A DNA stretch of 64,000 bases from Dehalococcoidia bacterium (GTDB lineage Bacteria > Chloroflexota > Dehalococcoidia > GIF9 > UBA5629), in assembly GCA_050011565.1 (NCBI GenBank), contig JBEKIW010000002.1, positions 352,001 through 416,000 on the forward strand, written 5' to 3'. Every line of letters starts with the position of its first letter. The first letter of the stretch is position 1. Made by a program: the position numbers and the translations under genes. Positions 22,195 through 32,353 of the stretch are shown piece after piece. The notes beneath the pieces are model-generated. The model saw nothing but the letters and a program-made list of their open reading frames with translations. It had not been told where the DNA came from and did no database searches.

Positions 22195-22500
22195 TTAAAA
22201 CATACCCGGGATTTTGAGGCCGCCGGTTAAGCCGCTTAAGTGGCTGGCGGCGAGCTCCTGTGATTTCTGGATAGCTTCATTCACGGCTGTCATCACCAGG
22301 TCCTCGAGCATCTCAGCGTCTTCAGCGTTAATGACTTCCAGCGATATGCTCACAGAGCGAATTCTTTGCTGGCCGTCAATTACTATCTTGATAGCTCCAC
22401 CTCCGGAGCTTACTTCAGTAGTCATATCGGCCAACTCTTGCTGGGCCTTGAGCAGCTTGGCCTGTAAATCCTGTGCCTGGCGAAGTACAAACTTGTTCAT
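22195..22500 (-). CDS. ybaB: Nucleoid-associated protein YbaB/EbfC
   Basis: SGGGAIKIVIDG..MLEDLVMTAVNEA; lies between dnaX and recR. Confidence 0.93.
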   Translation of the reverse strand: MNKFVLRQAQDLQAKLLKAQQELADMTTEVSSGGGAIKIVIDGQQRIRSVSISLEVINAEDAEMLEDLVMTAVNEAIQKSQELAASHLSGLTGGLKIPGMF

Positions 22501-24143
22501 TCCTCCTCCATTCTGGGCTTCCTGCCGACGATAGTAGCACCATAGCTTTCCTTAGCCGCTTTTACCAGAGGGCTCTCTCCTTCCGATTTGCCTTTGGCTT
22601 TCCCTGCGGTCAGAACGCAACGCACCTGGTAAGAACGGCCGAAGACTTCTCGCAGCTTCTTTTCCACCAGATGCTTATACTTCGGGTCTTCAATATATTC
22701 CTTGTGAAATTTATGATAAAAACCCAGTGTCAGCGTATTATCTTCAATGGAAAGAGGTTCGCAGGAGCTGCGTAAAAAGGCATCCAGGTTGCCTTTGGAG
22801 CCCTCGCCGCGCATAGCGTTGACAAAGTCTTTCCAGCGGTCGCGTATGTCGTTCATCTCCGGAGAAGATGCTATTTCCAGAGTCTTTACGGGTTCGATTG
22901 GCTCCGCCTGGGTCTCGGCGCTTTTAGCCGGTGCCGGCGCGTTAGCTTCGGTTTTAGCCTGGATTTTAGCTTCCGGAACCGACCTGGTTGGTTTGGCAGG
23001 CCGGCTAGTCACCGCAGCCGGTTCTTTGGGCTCAGGTTGTTCGGTTTTGATTGGCTCCTTAGCTGCGGTAGAAGCTAAAATACAGTCAACGAGGGCCAGT
23101 TCTAAGGGCAGCGATGAGTAGTTGTCCAGGCGGAGGTCTATCTCGCCAAAGCGCTTGACTGCTATTAGAAGGTAATCTAGGCTGGCGCCGGTTGCCAGCT
23201 CTTTTATCTCAATTAAGTCGTCACTGGTAACATCTAGGACTTCTTCCGAGCCAGACTTGACCAGGAGTAACTCCCTTAGATAGTCTACCAGTTCACGATT
23301 GAATTGGCGGAGGTCGAGACCGTCACTGGCGACGCTGTTAATTGTCTTAAGGCCGGCAGTGATATCCTTATTGACGATATGTCTGGCTAGCTCTCTAATG
23401 CGCATGTCGCCACTGATGCCTAGCATCTCCTGCACCTGGTGCAGTTTAATCTCGTGTCCGTAATAGGTAACCAGTTGCTCAAGTAAATTTTCTGCATCGC
23501 GGAGGCTGCCGGTAGTGACTTTGGCAATGAGCCTCAAGGCCTCAGACACAATATTAATGCTTTCTTTGTCGCAGATAAGGTTCAGCTTGGAGATAACCGA
23601 TGATTGGGACAATCGATGGAAATCGAATCTCTGGCAGCGCGACATTATGGTTGACAGGACTTTGTGTGGTTCCGTAGTTGCCAGTATGAATATAGCGTGA
23701 GGCGGCGGCTCTTCCAGGGTCTTAAGGAATGCATTGGACGCTTCCTTGGTTATCATGTGGACCTCGTCTATGATATAGACCTTATAGCGAGCCAGGTTGG
23801 GGGTATAATTGACCTTTTCTCTCAGGTCTCGAATTTCATCGATGCCCCGGTTACTGGCGGCGTCTATTTCTATAATGTCGGGAGCGCTGGCTTCGTTTAT
23901 TGCTTTACATAAGGCACAGCTATTGCACGGCTCGCCCTGTTCCGGATTCAGGCAATTTATGGCTTTAGCCAGTATGCGTCCGGTACTGGTCTTACCGGTG
24001 CCTCTGGGACCGCAGAAGAGGTAGGCATGGGCTACCCGCCCACCGGCTACAGCATTACGTAGTGTTTGGGTAACGTGCTCTTGTCCCACTACTTCCGATA
24101 GGTTTTGGGGGCGCCATTTGCGGTAATAAACCTGGGAGGCCAT
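22497..24143 (-). CDS. dnaX: DNA polymerase III gamma/tau
   Basis: YRKWRP, GPRGTGKTS, IDEVHM, SRCQ; start reassigned to MASQV. Confidence 0.96.
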   Translation of the reverse strand: MASQVYYRKWRPQNLSEVVGQEHVTQTLRNAVAGGRVAHAYLFCGPRGTGKTSTGRILAKAINCLNPEQGEPCNSCALCKAINEASAPDIIEIDAASNRGIDEIRDLREKVNYTPNLARYKVYIIDEVHMITKEASNAFLKTLEEPPPHAIFILATTEPHKVLSTIMSRCQRFDFHRLSQSSVISKLNLICDKESINIVSEALRLIAKVTTGSLRDAENLLEQLVTYYGHEIKLHQVQEMLGISGDMRIRELARHIVNKDITAGLKTINSVASDGLDLRQFNRELVDYLRELLLVKSGSEEVLDVTSDDLIEIKELATGASLDYLLIAVKRFGEIDLRLDNYSSLPLELALVDCILASTAAKEPIKTEQPEPKEPAAVTSRPAKPTRSVPEAKIQAKTEANAPAPAKSAETQAEPIEPVKTLEIASSPEMNDIRDRWKDFVNAMRGEGSKGNLDAFLRSSCEPLSIEDNTLTLGFYHKFHKEYIEDPKYKHLVEKKLREVFGRSYQVRCVLTAGKAKGKSEGESPLVKAAKESYGATIVGRKPRMEEE

Positions 24144-24340
24144 GCCGTCACTATTATACTCCATAATGAGTTGATTGCTAAAGTTCGGTGACAATCTTTG
24201 AACCCTGAGGAGCCGTCTATCATTTACATTTATCTTATTCAATTAGGAGGAAAAAAACTAAGCAGTAAAGTAATTGTGCATTGATTTTGAACCTATGTTA
24301 TAATTGTGCGTTACGGACATATGTTAGAAGGAGTATAAAT

Positions 24341-24604
24341 TTGGATAAAGAGAAGAAGAGCGCTATCATTTCGGACTTCAAAGTTCACGATGGTGATACC
24401 GGCTCCACTGAAGTCCAGGTAGCGCTGCTTACGGAGAGGATAAATCAACTCTCTGAGCATTTGAAGGCGCATCCTCATGACCAACACACCCGTCGCGGAC
24501 TTCTGAAGCTCATAGGACAGCGAAGGCGCTTGCTTGCCTATGCTTCCAAGAGCGACATTAAGAACTATCGCAGTTTAATTTCCAGGTTGGGCCTGAGGAA
24601 ATAA
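24341..24604 (+). CDS. rpsO: 30S ribosomal protein S15
   Basis: [22 protein letters not shown]; TTG start after AAGGAG. Confidence 0.96.
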   Translation: MDKEKKSAIISDFKVHDGDTGSTEVQVALLTERINQLSEHLKAHPHDQHTRRGLLKLIGQRRRLLAYASKSDIKNYRSLISRLGLRK

Positions 24605-24627
24605 ACTCAGAAGTGTTTGGGTAGGTT

Positions 24628-26835
24628 ATGTCTGAGTCTGTCCAGGATGAAATTGGGGGTAGGCGCCTAACTATCGATACAGGCAAGCTGGCAGCACAAG
24701 CTGACAGCGCTGTTACCGTTAGCTATGGCGATACTGTTGTTTTAGTCACCGTTTGCGTTAGTGATGCGCCACGTGGAAATGGTGATTTCGTCCATCTGAC
24801 CATAGATTATGAGGAAAGGCACTATGCTGTCGGCAAGATACCCGGGAGCTTCATCAGACGAGAGGGACGTCCCAGTCAAGAGGCAACTCTGGCCGGGCGG
24901 CTAACCGACCGCAGTCTACGTCCGCTTTTTGATAAAAATCTGCATAACGATGTCCAGATTGTGGTCACTGTCCTTTCCACGGACCAGGAGAATGACCCCG
25001 ATATACTAGCGGTCAGCGGAGCTTCGGCTGCGATGACCCTTTCTTCCATCCCGTTCTATGGTCCGATAGGTGCGGTGCGTGTCGGCTATCTCGACGGTAA
25101 CCTCGTACTAAACCCCACATTGCCTCAGTTGGCGGACAGCCTGTTGGACCTTGTTATCGTCAGCACCAAAGAAGCCATAGTCATGGTGGAAGCGGGAGCC
25201 AAGGAAGTTTCCGAGGAGATAGTTCTGGAAGCCATTATATTTGGGCACAAGGCGAACCAGGATATCATAAAGCTCCAGGAGAGTTTGCAGCAGACTTACA
25301 ACAAGCCCAAAATGGAAGTGAAAGCGTCTGAAACCGGGGATGAATTGTCAACAGCTGTATCTTCAGAATTCGGGGGCAGATTGAGTGAGGCAGTCAAATT
25401 AGCCGAGCGGGCTGAACGGGAAAAGGCGATTGAAGTAGTAAAACATGAAGCCCTGGAAAAGTTTAAGGAGACATTTACTGAAGCTGATATTAATGCTGCG
25501 CTTGAAAACCAAATTAAAAAGGCAGCCAGAGCATATATTTTGGAAAAGAGGCAACATCTCGACGGCCGCCAACCAAAAGAGATACGTCACCTTAGTGGTG
25601 AAGTCGGTTTCCTGCCGCGCACTCACGGCTCAGGCCTATTCAGCAGAGGGCTAACTCAGGTATTGACCATAACCACCTTGGGTTCTCTTCGACAAGAGCA
25701 ATTGATTGATGGCCTGGGATTGGAAGAGACAAAACGTTTTATGCACCATTATAACTTTCCCCCGTTTTCTACCGGTGAGGTGAAGCGTCTCGGCTCACCC
25801 GGGCGGCGTGAAATAGGACATGGCGCGCTGGCGGAAAGAGCTTTGACGCCGGTGATACCGTCTAAAGACGAGTTCTCCTATACAATACGCCTGGTGTCCG
25901 AAGTGCTTAGCTCTAATGGCAGTACTTCGATGGCGAGTGTCTGCAGCTCGACCCTGGCTTTGATGGATGCCGGCGTGCCGATTAAAGCTCCGGTGGCGGG
26001 GATAGCTATGGGGCTGGTTACCGGTGATAATAATGACTATATCGTCCTGACTGATATCGAAGGCATGGAGGATGCCTATGGCGATATGGATTTCAAGGTA
26101 GCGGGTACCGACAAAGGAATTACAGCTCTTCAATTGGACATTAAACTTAGAGGCGTAAGTTACGACATTTTAGCTGAAGCGATAAAACAGTCGCGTGAAG
26201 CATATACCGAGATACTGGACAAACTGAGACAGATTATCAGCACCAGCCGCCCTGAACTTAGCCCTTATGCGCCGCGAATGTACAAGATGACCATTGACCC
26301 GGGCAAAATCGGCGCCGTAATCGGCCCCGGGGGCAAGACTATCCGGTCCATAATTGAAGAGGCTAAGGTGACCATAGATGTTGAAAATGATGGTACGGTG
26401 ATTATCGGTTCACCCAGCCAGGAAGCAGCTCAGAAAGCAATCGAAAAAATAGAGAGCCTGACCCGGGAAGTGGAAGTCGGCGGCATTTATACCGGGAAGG
26501 TAACTCGTTTGACAAACTTCGGCGCTTTTGTCGAGATTCTGCCCGGAAAGGAAGGCCTGGTTCATATAAGTGAGCTAGCCGACTCTCATGTTGCCAAGGT
26601 CGAGGATGTGGTGAAGGTGGGCGATGAGATTATGGTTAAAGTTATTGAAATCGACCACCTGGGAAGGGTAAACTTGTCACGGCGGGCAGTTTTTTCAGAT
26701 TCGCCGACAGCTCGGACAGGTGAGACTACAGAATCTACCGGAACACATCGTCCTCCGCCCAGGCAGCAAAAATATCGTCCCGGTGGTCAGCAGAGCGATA
26801 GAGACAACCCACGCCGCACTCCTAAGTGGCGTTAG
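24628..26835 (+). CDS. pnp: Polynucleotide phosphorylase
   Basis: Two RNase PH domains, HYNFPPFSTGE, GDMDFKVAG, KH and S1 domains. Confidence 0.97.
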   Translation: MSESVQDEIGGRRLTIDTGKLAAQADSAVTVSYGDTVVLVTVCVSDAPRGNGDFVHLTIDYEERHYAVGKIPGSFIRREGRPSQEATLAGRLTDRSLRPLFDKNLHNDVQIVVTVLSTDQENDPDILAVSGASAAMTLSSIPFYGPIGAVRVGYLDGNLVLNPTLPQLADSLLDLVIVSTKEAIVMVEAGAKEVSEEIVLEAIIFGHKANQDIIKLQESLQQTYNKPKMEVKASETGDELSTAVSSEFGGRLSEAVKLAERAEREKAIEVVKHEALEKFKETFTEADINAALENQIKKAARAYILEKRQHLDGRQPKEIRHLSGEVGFLPRTHGSGLFSRGLTQVLTITTLGSLRQEQLIDGLGLEETKRFMHHYNFPPFSTGEVKRLGSPGRREIGHGALAERALTPVIPSKDEFSYTIRLVSEVLSSNGSTSMASVCSSTLALMDAGVPIKAPVAGIAMGLVTGDNNDYIVLTDIEGMEDAYGDMDFKVAGTDKGITALQLDIKLRGVSYDILAEAIKQSREAYTEILDKLRQIISTSRPELSPYAPRMYKMTIDPGKIGAVIGPGGKTIRSIIEEAKVTIDVENDGTVIIGSPSQEAAQKAIEKIESLTREVEVGGIYTGKVTRLTNFGAFVEILPGKEGLVHISELADSHVAKVEDVVKVGDEIMVKVIEIDHLGRVNLSRRAVFSDSPTARTGETTESTGTHRPPPRQQKYRPGGQQSDRDNPRRTPKWR

Positions 26836-26871
26836 GGAACCAGTACTTGACTCAAATATTGGGGGTGGGAA

Positions 26872-27690
26872 ATGGAACCGATAACAGTATTGGTACATGG
26901 GGCTTTAGGCAAAATGGGGAGGGAGGTGGTGGCTGCGATAAGTCGAACTCCCGAACTTGAATTGGTTGGAGCTGTCGACATTAAAGCGACTCAAGGGGAG
27001 CTGACTTTACCGGACGGTTCAAAGAAGGTGCCTCTTTCTTCCAATCTGAGTTCGCTTCTTGAAGTCTGCCATCCAAAGGTGCTGCTAGATTTCACCATTG
27101 CTGAGGCCGCAATGTCGGCGGCTCGTATTGCCCTTAAACAGGGCGTTAACGTTGTTATAGGCACATCCGGACTTTCAGAAGACAATCTCAAAGAGATTGC
27201 CCAACTGTCTGAAGCTAATAAGGTAGGTGCCGTAGTAGCCCCTAACTTTACCATTGGGGCAGCAGTCCTATTAAATGCGGTTAAGGCGGCAGCCAAATTA
27301 TTCGACTACGTGGATATAGTTGAGATGCATCATCATGAAAAGGTAGACGCCCCATCGGGGACTGCGATGGCTACAGCAAAGGCTATGCTGCAGTCGCGCG
27401 GCAAGCCCTTCCTTTATTCCAAAACCAAAAAGGAAACGCTCAGCGGCACTCGTGGTGGGGAGGTTGACGGTGTGGCTATCCATAGCGTAAGATTACCTGG
27501 ATTTGTTGCCAGTCAGGAGGTTGTGTTTGGGGGGCAGGGGCAAACGCTTAGCTTTCGCCATGATACTATAGGGCGTGAGTGCTATGTACCTGGCGTTATC
27601 TTAGCCATAAAAGAAGTTGTGAATCGGAAAGGATTGGTTTACGGACTGGATACCCTGTTGAATTTAAGGGGGAGCAATGAAATCCTATAA
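26872..27690 (+). CDS. dapB: 4-hydroxy-tetrahydrodipicolinate reductase
   Basis: GALGKMG, EMHHHEKVDAPSGTA. Confidence 0.96.
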   Translation: MEPITVLVHGALGKMGREVVAAISRTPELELVGAVDIKATQGELTLPDGSKKVPLSSNLSSLLEVCHPKVLLDFTIAEAAMSAARIALKQGVNVVIGTSGLSEDNLKEIAQLSEANKVGAVVAPNFTIGAAVLLNAVKAAAKLFDYVDIVEMHHHEKVDAPSGTAMATAKAMLQSRGKPFLYSKTKKETLSGTRGGEVDGVAIHSVRLPGFVASQEVVFGGQGQTLSFRHDTIGRECYVPGVILAIKEVVNRKGLVYGLDTLLNLRGSNEIL

Positions 27691-28702
27691 TGTGGCTATC
27701 GTAGGCGCCACCGGAATGGTGGGACAGGAATTCATCAAGGTACTGCAGCAGCGAAATTTCCCGGTGGCATCTATAAATCTCTACGCCTCCGACCGGTCGG
27801 CAGGTAAGAAGCTGTATGTTGGCCATCATGAGATTGAAGTTAAGGAGACCGCCCCCGAATCTTTTCAGAATATTGATATTGCGCTCTTCTCAGCCGGGTC
27901 TGAGATTAGCCGCTATTTTTCACCTATCGCTGCCAAGTCCGGAGCACTTGTCGTTGACAACAGCGCGGCTTTCAGGATGGAGCCCAAGGTGCCTCTCGTT
28001 GTTCCTGAAATAAATCCCGAAGACATAAAGTGGCACGAAGGAATTATTGCTAATCCGAATTGCTCCACCATTCAAATGGTAGTAGCTTTATATCCACTTC
28101 ATAAGGTAAACCCTATAAAGCGGGTAGTTGTTTCTACTTATCAATCGGTTTCCGGTACCGGTGCCGCTGCTATGGAGGAATTGACCACTCAAGCTAAGTT
28201 GGTATTGGAAGGGCAGAACGTGGTTCCACATGTATATCCTCACCAGATAGGATTTAATTTATTACCGGAGATAGATGTTTTCCTGGATAACGGCTATACC
28301 AAGGAAGAATGGAAGATGGTCGATGAGACTCGAAAGATAATGCATGCTCCTGATATGGCTATCTCTGCAACTTGTGTCAGAGTGCCTGTTTTCATTGCAC
28401 ATAGTGAAGCGGTGAACATTGAATTTACCGACCCTATGAGCCCCGAGGAAGCGAGACAGATATTGGCTAAGGCTCCGGGTGTGAAGGTGCTCGATGACCC
28501 CAGTGTTAGCCTTTATCCCATGCCCTGGCTGGCTGCCGGCTCAGATGATGTTTATGTGGGACGTATCCGCTCTGATGCATCTCATCAGAGGGGTTTGGTG
28601 ATATGGGTGGTAAGCGATAATTTGCGTAAAGGTGCTGCCCTCAATGCTATCCAGATTGCCGAGGAAGCTACACGACGGGAATGGGTTAAAAGCGGCAAAT
28701 AA
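27677..28702 (+). CDS. asd: Aspartate-semialdehyde dehydrogenase
   Basis: VGATGMVG, ANPNCST, DNLRKGAALNA. Confidence 0.97.
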   Translation: MKSYNVAIVGATGMVGQEFIKVLQQRNFPVASINLYASDRSAGKKLYVGHHEIEVKETAPESFQNIDIALFSAGSEISRYFSPIAAKSGALVVDNSAAFRMEPKVPLVVPEINPEDIKWHEGIIANPNCSTIQMVVALYPLHKVNPIKRVVVSTYQSVSGTGAAAMEELTTQAKLVLEGQNVVPHVYPHQIGFNLLPEIDVFLDNGYTKEEWKMVDETRKIMHAPDMAISATCVRVPVFIAHSEAVNIEFTDPMSPEEARQILAKAPGVKVLDDPSVSLYPMPWLAAGSDDVYVGRIRSDASHQRGLVIWVVSDNLRKGAALNAIQIAEEATRREWVKSGK

Positions 28703-28724
28703 ATCATCTGTAAGGAGGCTGGTG

Positions 28725-29627
28725 ATGAAGAAGTTTGGTCGATTGCTCACAGCAATGGTTACCCCCTTTGATGCTAAGGGTGAAGTTGATTATGCGCAGG
28801 CTAAAAAGCTGGCTAAAGCCCTGCTCGATTCAGGCAGTGATGGGCTTGTTGTCTCGGGCACTACCGGGGAAAGCCCAACGCTGACTACTGCGGAAAAGCT
28901 GAAGCTTTTTGCTGAGGTTAAGTCAGCAGTTGGTAACAGGGGCGCGGTTATAGCCGGCACCGGTAATTACAGTACAGCAGAGAGCATAGAGCTGACCAAA
29001 GAAGCGGAGAAGACTGGCGTCGATGGCTGTCTTCTGGTGGTGCCCTACTATAACCGTCCTACCCAGGATGGTTTATACGAACATTTTAGGGCCATCGCCG
29101 GGGCAACGAATCTACCATGCATCGTGTACAACGTGCCGTCGCGCACTGTTACCAGCCTGGCTGCTGAGACCTGCATCAAGCTTAGCCAGATCGATAATAT
29201 CATCGGAGTAAAGGAGGCCAGTGCTAATCTTGAGCAGATAGCCAAGATTATACAGGGAGCAAGAAAAGGCTTCCTCGTTTACAGTGGTAATGATGGCGAC
29301 ACATTTCCTATCTTATGTTTGGGTGGCTATGGAGTTATCAGTGTGATTTCACATCTGGTTGGGCTTCAGTTTAAGCAGATGATAGATGATTACATCCAGG
29401 GAAAGATCGATAAGGCGGCAGCGGCTCATCGGAATTTGCTTCCTTTTGTTAATGCCATGTTTGTCGTTGCCAATCCAATACCGGTAAAATATGCTTTGAA
29501 TCATGCAGGTTTTTCTGTAGGCAAGACGCGCTTACCGCTTACTGAACCTGACGATAAATCCAGGGCTGTCATTGAGCAGGCTTTGAAGAGCTACAAGATT
29601 GACTTGCCGATATCTGCTAAAGCTTAA
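28725..29627 (+). CDS. dapA: 4-hydroxy-tetrahydrodipicolinate synthase
   Basis: TAMVTPF, GTTGES, YNVPSRT, GVKEAS. Confidence 0.96.
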   Translation: MKKFGRLLTAMVTPFDAKGEVDYAQAKKLAKALLDSGSDGLVVSGTTGESPTLTTAEKLKLFAEVKSAVGNRGAVIAGTGNYSTAESIELTKEAEKTGVDGCLLVVPYYNRPTQDGLYEHFRAIAGATNLPCIVYNVPSRTVTSLAAETCIKLSQIDNIIGVKEASANLEQIAKIIQGARKGFLVYSGNDGDTFPILCLGGYGVISVISHLVGLQFKQMIDDYIQGKIDKAAAAHRNLLPFVNAMFVVANPIPVKYALNHAGFSVGKTRLPLTEPDDKSRAVIEQALKSYKIDLPISAKA

Positions 29628-29641
29628 GCTTGGATTTACAG

Positions 29642-30124
29642 TTACAAAATCTGCAAGGATTGTTCGAAGTTCATTACTCGAGGTGGCTTTCTACCCCTTT
29701 TTAAATCGATAATGTGCCCTTCTTCTTCCAAACGATTAGCTTGAGCTTGCACACCGCCGGGAAACCTTTCGTTCAAGCTGCCGTCCGCCCTGACCACACG
29801 CCAGTAGGGCGTTACCTCTTTTTTCCCGCTCCTTAAGTCTTCTTCGGCCACTTCGGCTACAATGCGCAGGAAGATACCGGTTGTCAAAGGACAACAGCAA
29901 TTGGCTTGGGCGTCTCTGGCTAATTTGTCTCTGATTTGAATCACAGTTGCCAGTTTTCCCTTGGGGACTCTGTGAATTAATGCATCTATATCCAGCGGCT
30001 TGGGGATAAGCATTTTCCCGACCAGGAATCTGTTTTGCATTTTAGGCGGAACATCAACTACTTTTCCATGCTCAGGATGTTTTTCCTCTAGCTTCTGCCG
30101 CCATGTTTTACGCATTTTAGGCAT
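29642..30124 (-). CDS. MGMT/ATL-family alkylated-DNA-binding protein
   Basis: VPKGKLAT..PYWRVV..QANRLEEEG; no PCHR. Confidence 0.8.
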   Translation of the reverse strand: MPKMRKTWRQKLEEKHPEHGKVVDVPPKMQNRFLVGKMLIPKPLDIDALIHRVPKGKLATVIQIRDKLARDAQANCCCPLTTGIFLRIVAEVAEEDLRSGKKEVTPYWRVVRADGSLNERFPGGVQAQANRLEEEGHIIDLKRGRKPPRVMNFEQSLQIL

Positions 30125-30170
30125 AATCTTATCTCCTTTTACAAAGATTTGCCTGAAACCTTTGCAGGTC

Positions 30171-31454
30171 TTATATAATTTGTTTGACCATTATTGACTG
30201 GTCTCGATTAGCACCGACGGAGATAATGCTGACAGGGCAGGAGAGAAGTTCCTCAAGCCTGGCGATATATTGGCGGGCTTGGGCAGGCAGTTGCTTGTGG
30301 TGACGTATATCGCTTATTGGTATCCGCCAACCTGCTAATTCCTCATACACCGGTTGACATTTATCCAGAATATCAATATCGCTGGGAAAGTCCTTTATAA
30401 TATTTCCGTTTAATTTATAGCCGGTGCATATTTTCACTGAGTCGAGTGCGTCCAGGACATCGAGACGGGTTAGGGCTATACCGGTAAAACCATTGACTTG
30501 AGCGCTGAAGCGTCCGGCTACAGCATCGAACCAGCCGCAGCGGCGTGGCCTACCGGTAGTAGCCCCGTATTCGTGAGCTCGTTCTCTGATGAATTCACCG
30601 ATTTTATCCTTAAGCTCTGTAGGCATAGGCCCACCGCCCACCCTTGTGGTGTAAGCCTTGAAAACACCTATAATTTGGTCAAGTTGCCTGACATTTATCC
30701 CGGAGCCCGTAGAGCTGCCGGCAGCCATAGGCGAAGATGAGGTGACATAGGGATAGGTGCCAAAGTCAGGGTCCAACATAGTACCCTGAGCTCCTTCTAA
30801 TATAATAGGCTGTTTCCGGGATATCATGTCCTGGATTACAGGTTCGGTATCTCGAATGAACGGAGTTAGCCGTTCAGCATAAGAGCAGTATTGTTCGTAA
30901 ATCTCTTCCAGAGATAACGGTGCGACGTTGTATATTTTGGTCAAGATGGCATTTTTGGTTTCCAGGATTTGGCTAAGTCGAGACCGAAATTTCTTTTTGT
31001 TGAGCAGGTCACAGGTTCGGATTCCAAGGCGAGCTATCTTGTCAGCGAAAACAGGACCAATGCCTTTACGTGTAGTGCCTATAGCTCCTTCGCCTCGACG
31101 TTCCTCTTCCAAGCCATCAAAGAGCGTGTGATACGGCATTATTAAGTGTGCCCGGTCACTGATGAACAGGTGGCTGGTATCAACGTTGTGTTTCTGGAGG
31201 TTATCAATTTCTTCCAGCAGTATGACCGGGTTAACCGCTACACCGTTGCCTATGATGCAGACTACTCCCGGGTGGAATATACCTGAGGGAACGAGATGAA
31301 GTTTAAACTCACCGCAAGGGTTGATTACTGTATGTCCGGCATTATCGCCTCCTGAAAAGCGGACTACCGCTTTTGCCTTCTCCGCCAGGAGGTCGACTAT
31401 TTTCCCTTTGCCCTCGTCTCCCCATTGGGCGCCAATAATTGCTACTACCGACAT
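30171..31454 (-). CDS. purA: Adenylosuccinate synthetase
   Basis: GAQWGDEGKGK, EGAQG, TTGRPRRCGW. Confidence 0.97.
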   Translation of the reverse strand: MSVVAIIGAQWGDEGKGKIVDLLAEKAKAVVRFSGGDNAGHTVINPCGEFKLHLVPSGIFHPGVVCIIGNGVAVNPVILLEEIDNLQKHNVDTSHLFISDRAHLIMPYHTLFDGLEEERRGEGAIGTTRKGIGPVFADKIARLGIRTCDLLNKKKFRSRLSQILETKNAILTKIYNVAPLSLEEIYEQYCSYAERLTPFIRDTEPVIQDMISRKQPIILEGAQGTMLDPDFGTYPYVTSSSPMAAGSSTGSGINVRQLDQIIGVFKAYTTRVGGGPMPTELKDKIGEFIRERAHEYGATTGRPRRCGWFDAVAGRFSAQVNGFTGIALTRLDVLDALDSVKICTGYKLNGNIIKDFPSDIDILDKCQPVYEELAGWRIPISDIRHHKQLPAQARQYIARLEELLSCPVSIISVGANRDQSIMVKQII

Positions 31455-31520
31455 TATCTTTTTTGTTTGCTCTGCGTGAAAGTTTAAGTTGACTCTAAGT
31501 ACTAATAAACAGCCTCGACC

Positions 31521-31709
31521 TCACACTCGCGACATGTAGTTCTTGCCCCAGAAGTAGAGCAAAGCCCCGCCACCCCCAATCCAAACCACCAGGCCAATAA
31601 TTATTACCCAGACAAGGCCAAGTATACCAAAGATACCTCCGAGCAACATCCATAGTAGAGCCACAATGCTGAGAGCTATCAGACTCCGTTCAAATGCCTT
31701 TTCACTCAT
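31521..31709 (-). CDS. Small membrane protein
   Basis: Hydrophobic two-TM ORF in operon orientation; start 31709 or 31718. Confidence 0.65.
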   Translation of the reverse strand: MSEKAFERSLIALSIVALLWMLLGGIFGILGLVWVIIIGLVVWIGGGGALLYFWGKNYMSRV

Positions 31710-31732
31710 GATATTCAAGTTTGTTTATAGCT

Positions 31733-32332
31733 TTATTGGGCTTTTGTTTGCCGCCACACATATACAAGCCGTTGCACCACGGTAATGAAGCCAAACACTA
31801 CCAAAAGCAGTAAAGCGATGAAAATGCTAAATTTGTATAAGGGGCTAAAGAGCAGCCCGAGCGCCAGTATTATAACTCTCTCAGTCCTGGTAAACAACCC
31901 GATGGGGCAGTTTATGCCAAGTCCTTCGGCTCTAGCCCGTACATAACTGGTGAGCAATGAAACAATCAAGGCTAGGAAGATAAGTACAATTTCTGTACTA
32001 CCTCCGCTCCTTATATATAACGCCAGAACTCCCATAAGAAGTACGGCATCCGAAATCCTATCGAAAGTAGAGTCTAAAAGAGCGCCGAAGCGGGTTGCCT
32101 GGTTAGTCAAACGAGCTAATGCCCCATCGAGTATATCGAACAACCCGGAGAAAAGAACTAGAAAGCCGCCGATGAGGAGGTGATTGGTGGCAATAGTGGC
32201 AGCGGCGATTAAACTTATTGCCAGGGCACACCAGGTCAACATGTTAGGCTTAAGTCGACTTTTGACCAGAGCGGTATTTAATGGCTCGGTAATCCGTCGA
32301 GCAGCGATTCTACGTAACTCAGCCAGGTTCAT
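31733..32332 (-). CDS. CDP-alcohol phosphatidyltransferase (PI/PIP synthase-like)
   Basis: DILDGALAR..GALLDSTFD, SYVRARAEG, RTER. Confidence 0.92.
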   Translation of the reverse strand: MNLAELRRIAARRITEPLNTALVKSRLKPNMLTWCALAISLIAAATIATNHLLIGGFLVLFSGLFDILDGALARLTNQATRFGALLDSTFDRISDAVLLMGVLALYIRSGGSTEIVLIFLALIVSLLTSYVRARAEGLGINCPIGLFTRTERVIILALGLLFSPLYKFSIFIALLLLVVFGFITVVQRLVYVWRQTKAQ

Positions 32333-32353
32333 AAAGTATGTTCTTTTATCTGT

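Noticed and set aside
22497-24143. dnaX programmed -1 frameshift
   Set aside because: I found no A AAA AAG or long A-run after domain III.
24144-24340. SRP RNA (ffs) or tRNA upstream of dnaX
   Set aside because: No SRP domain IV motif or cloverleaf; the region is AT-rich with divergent promoters.
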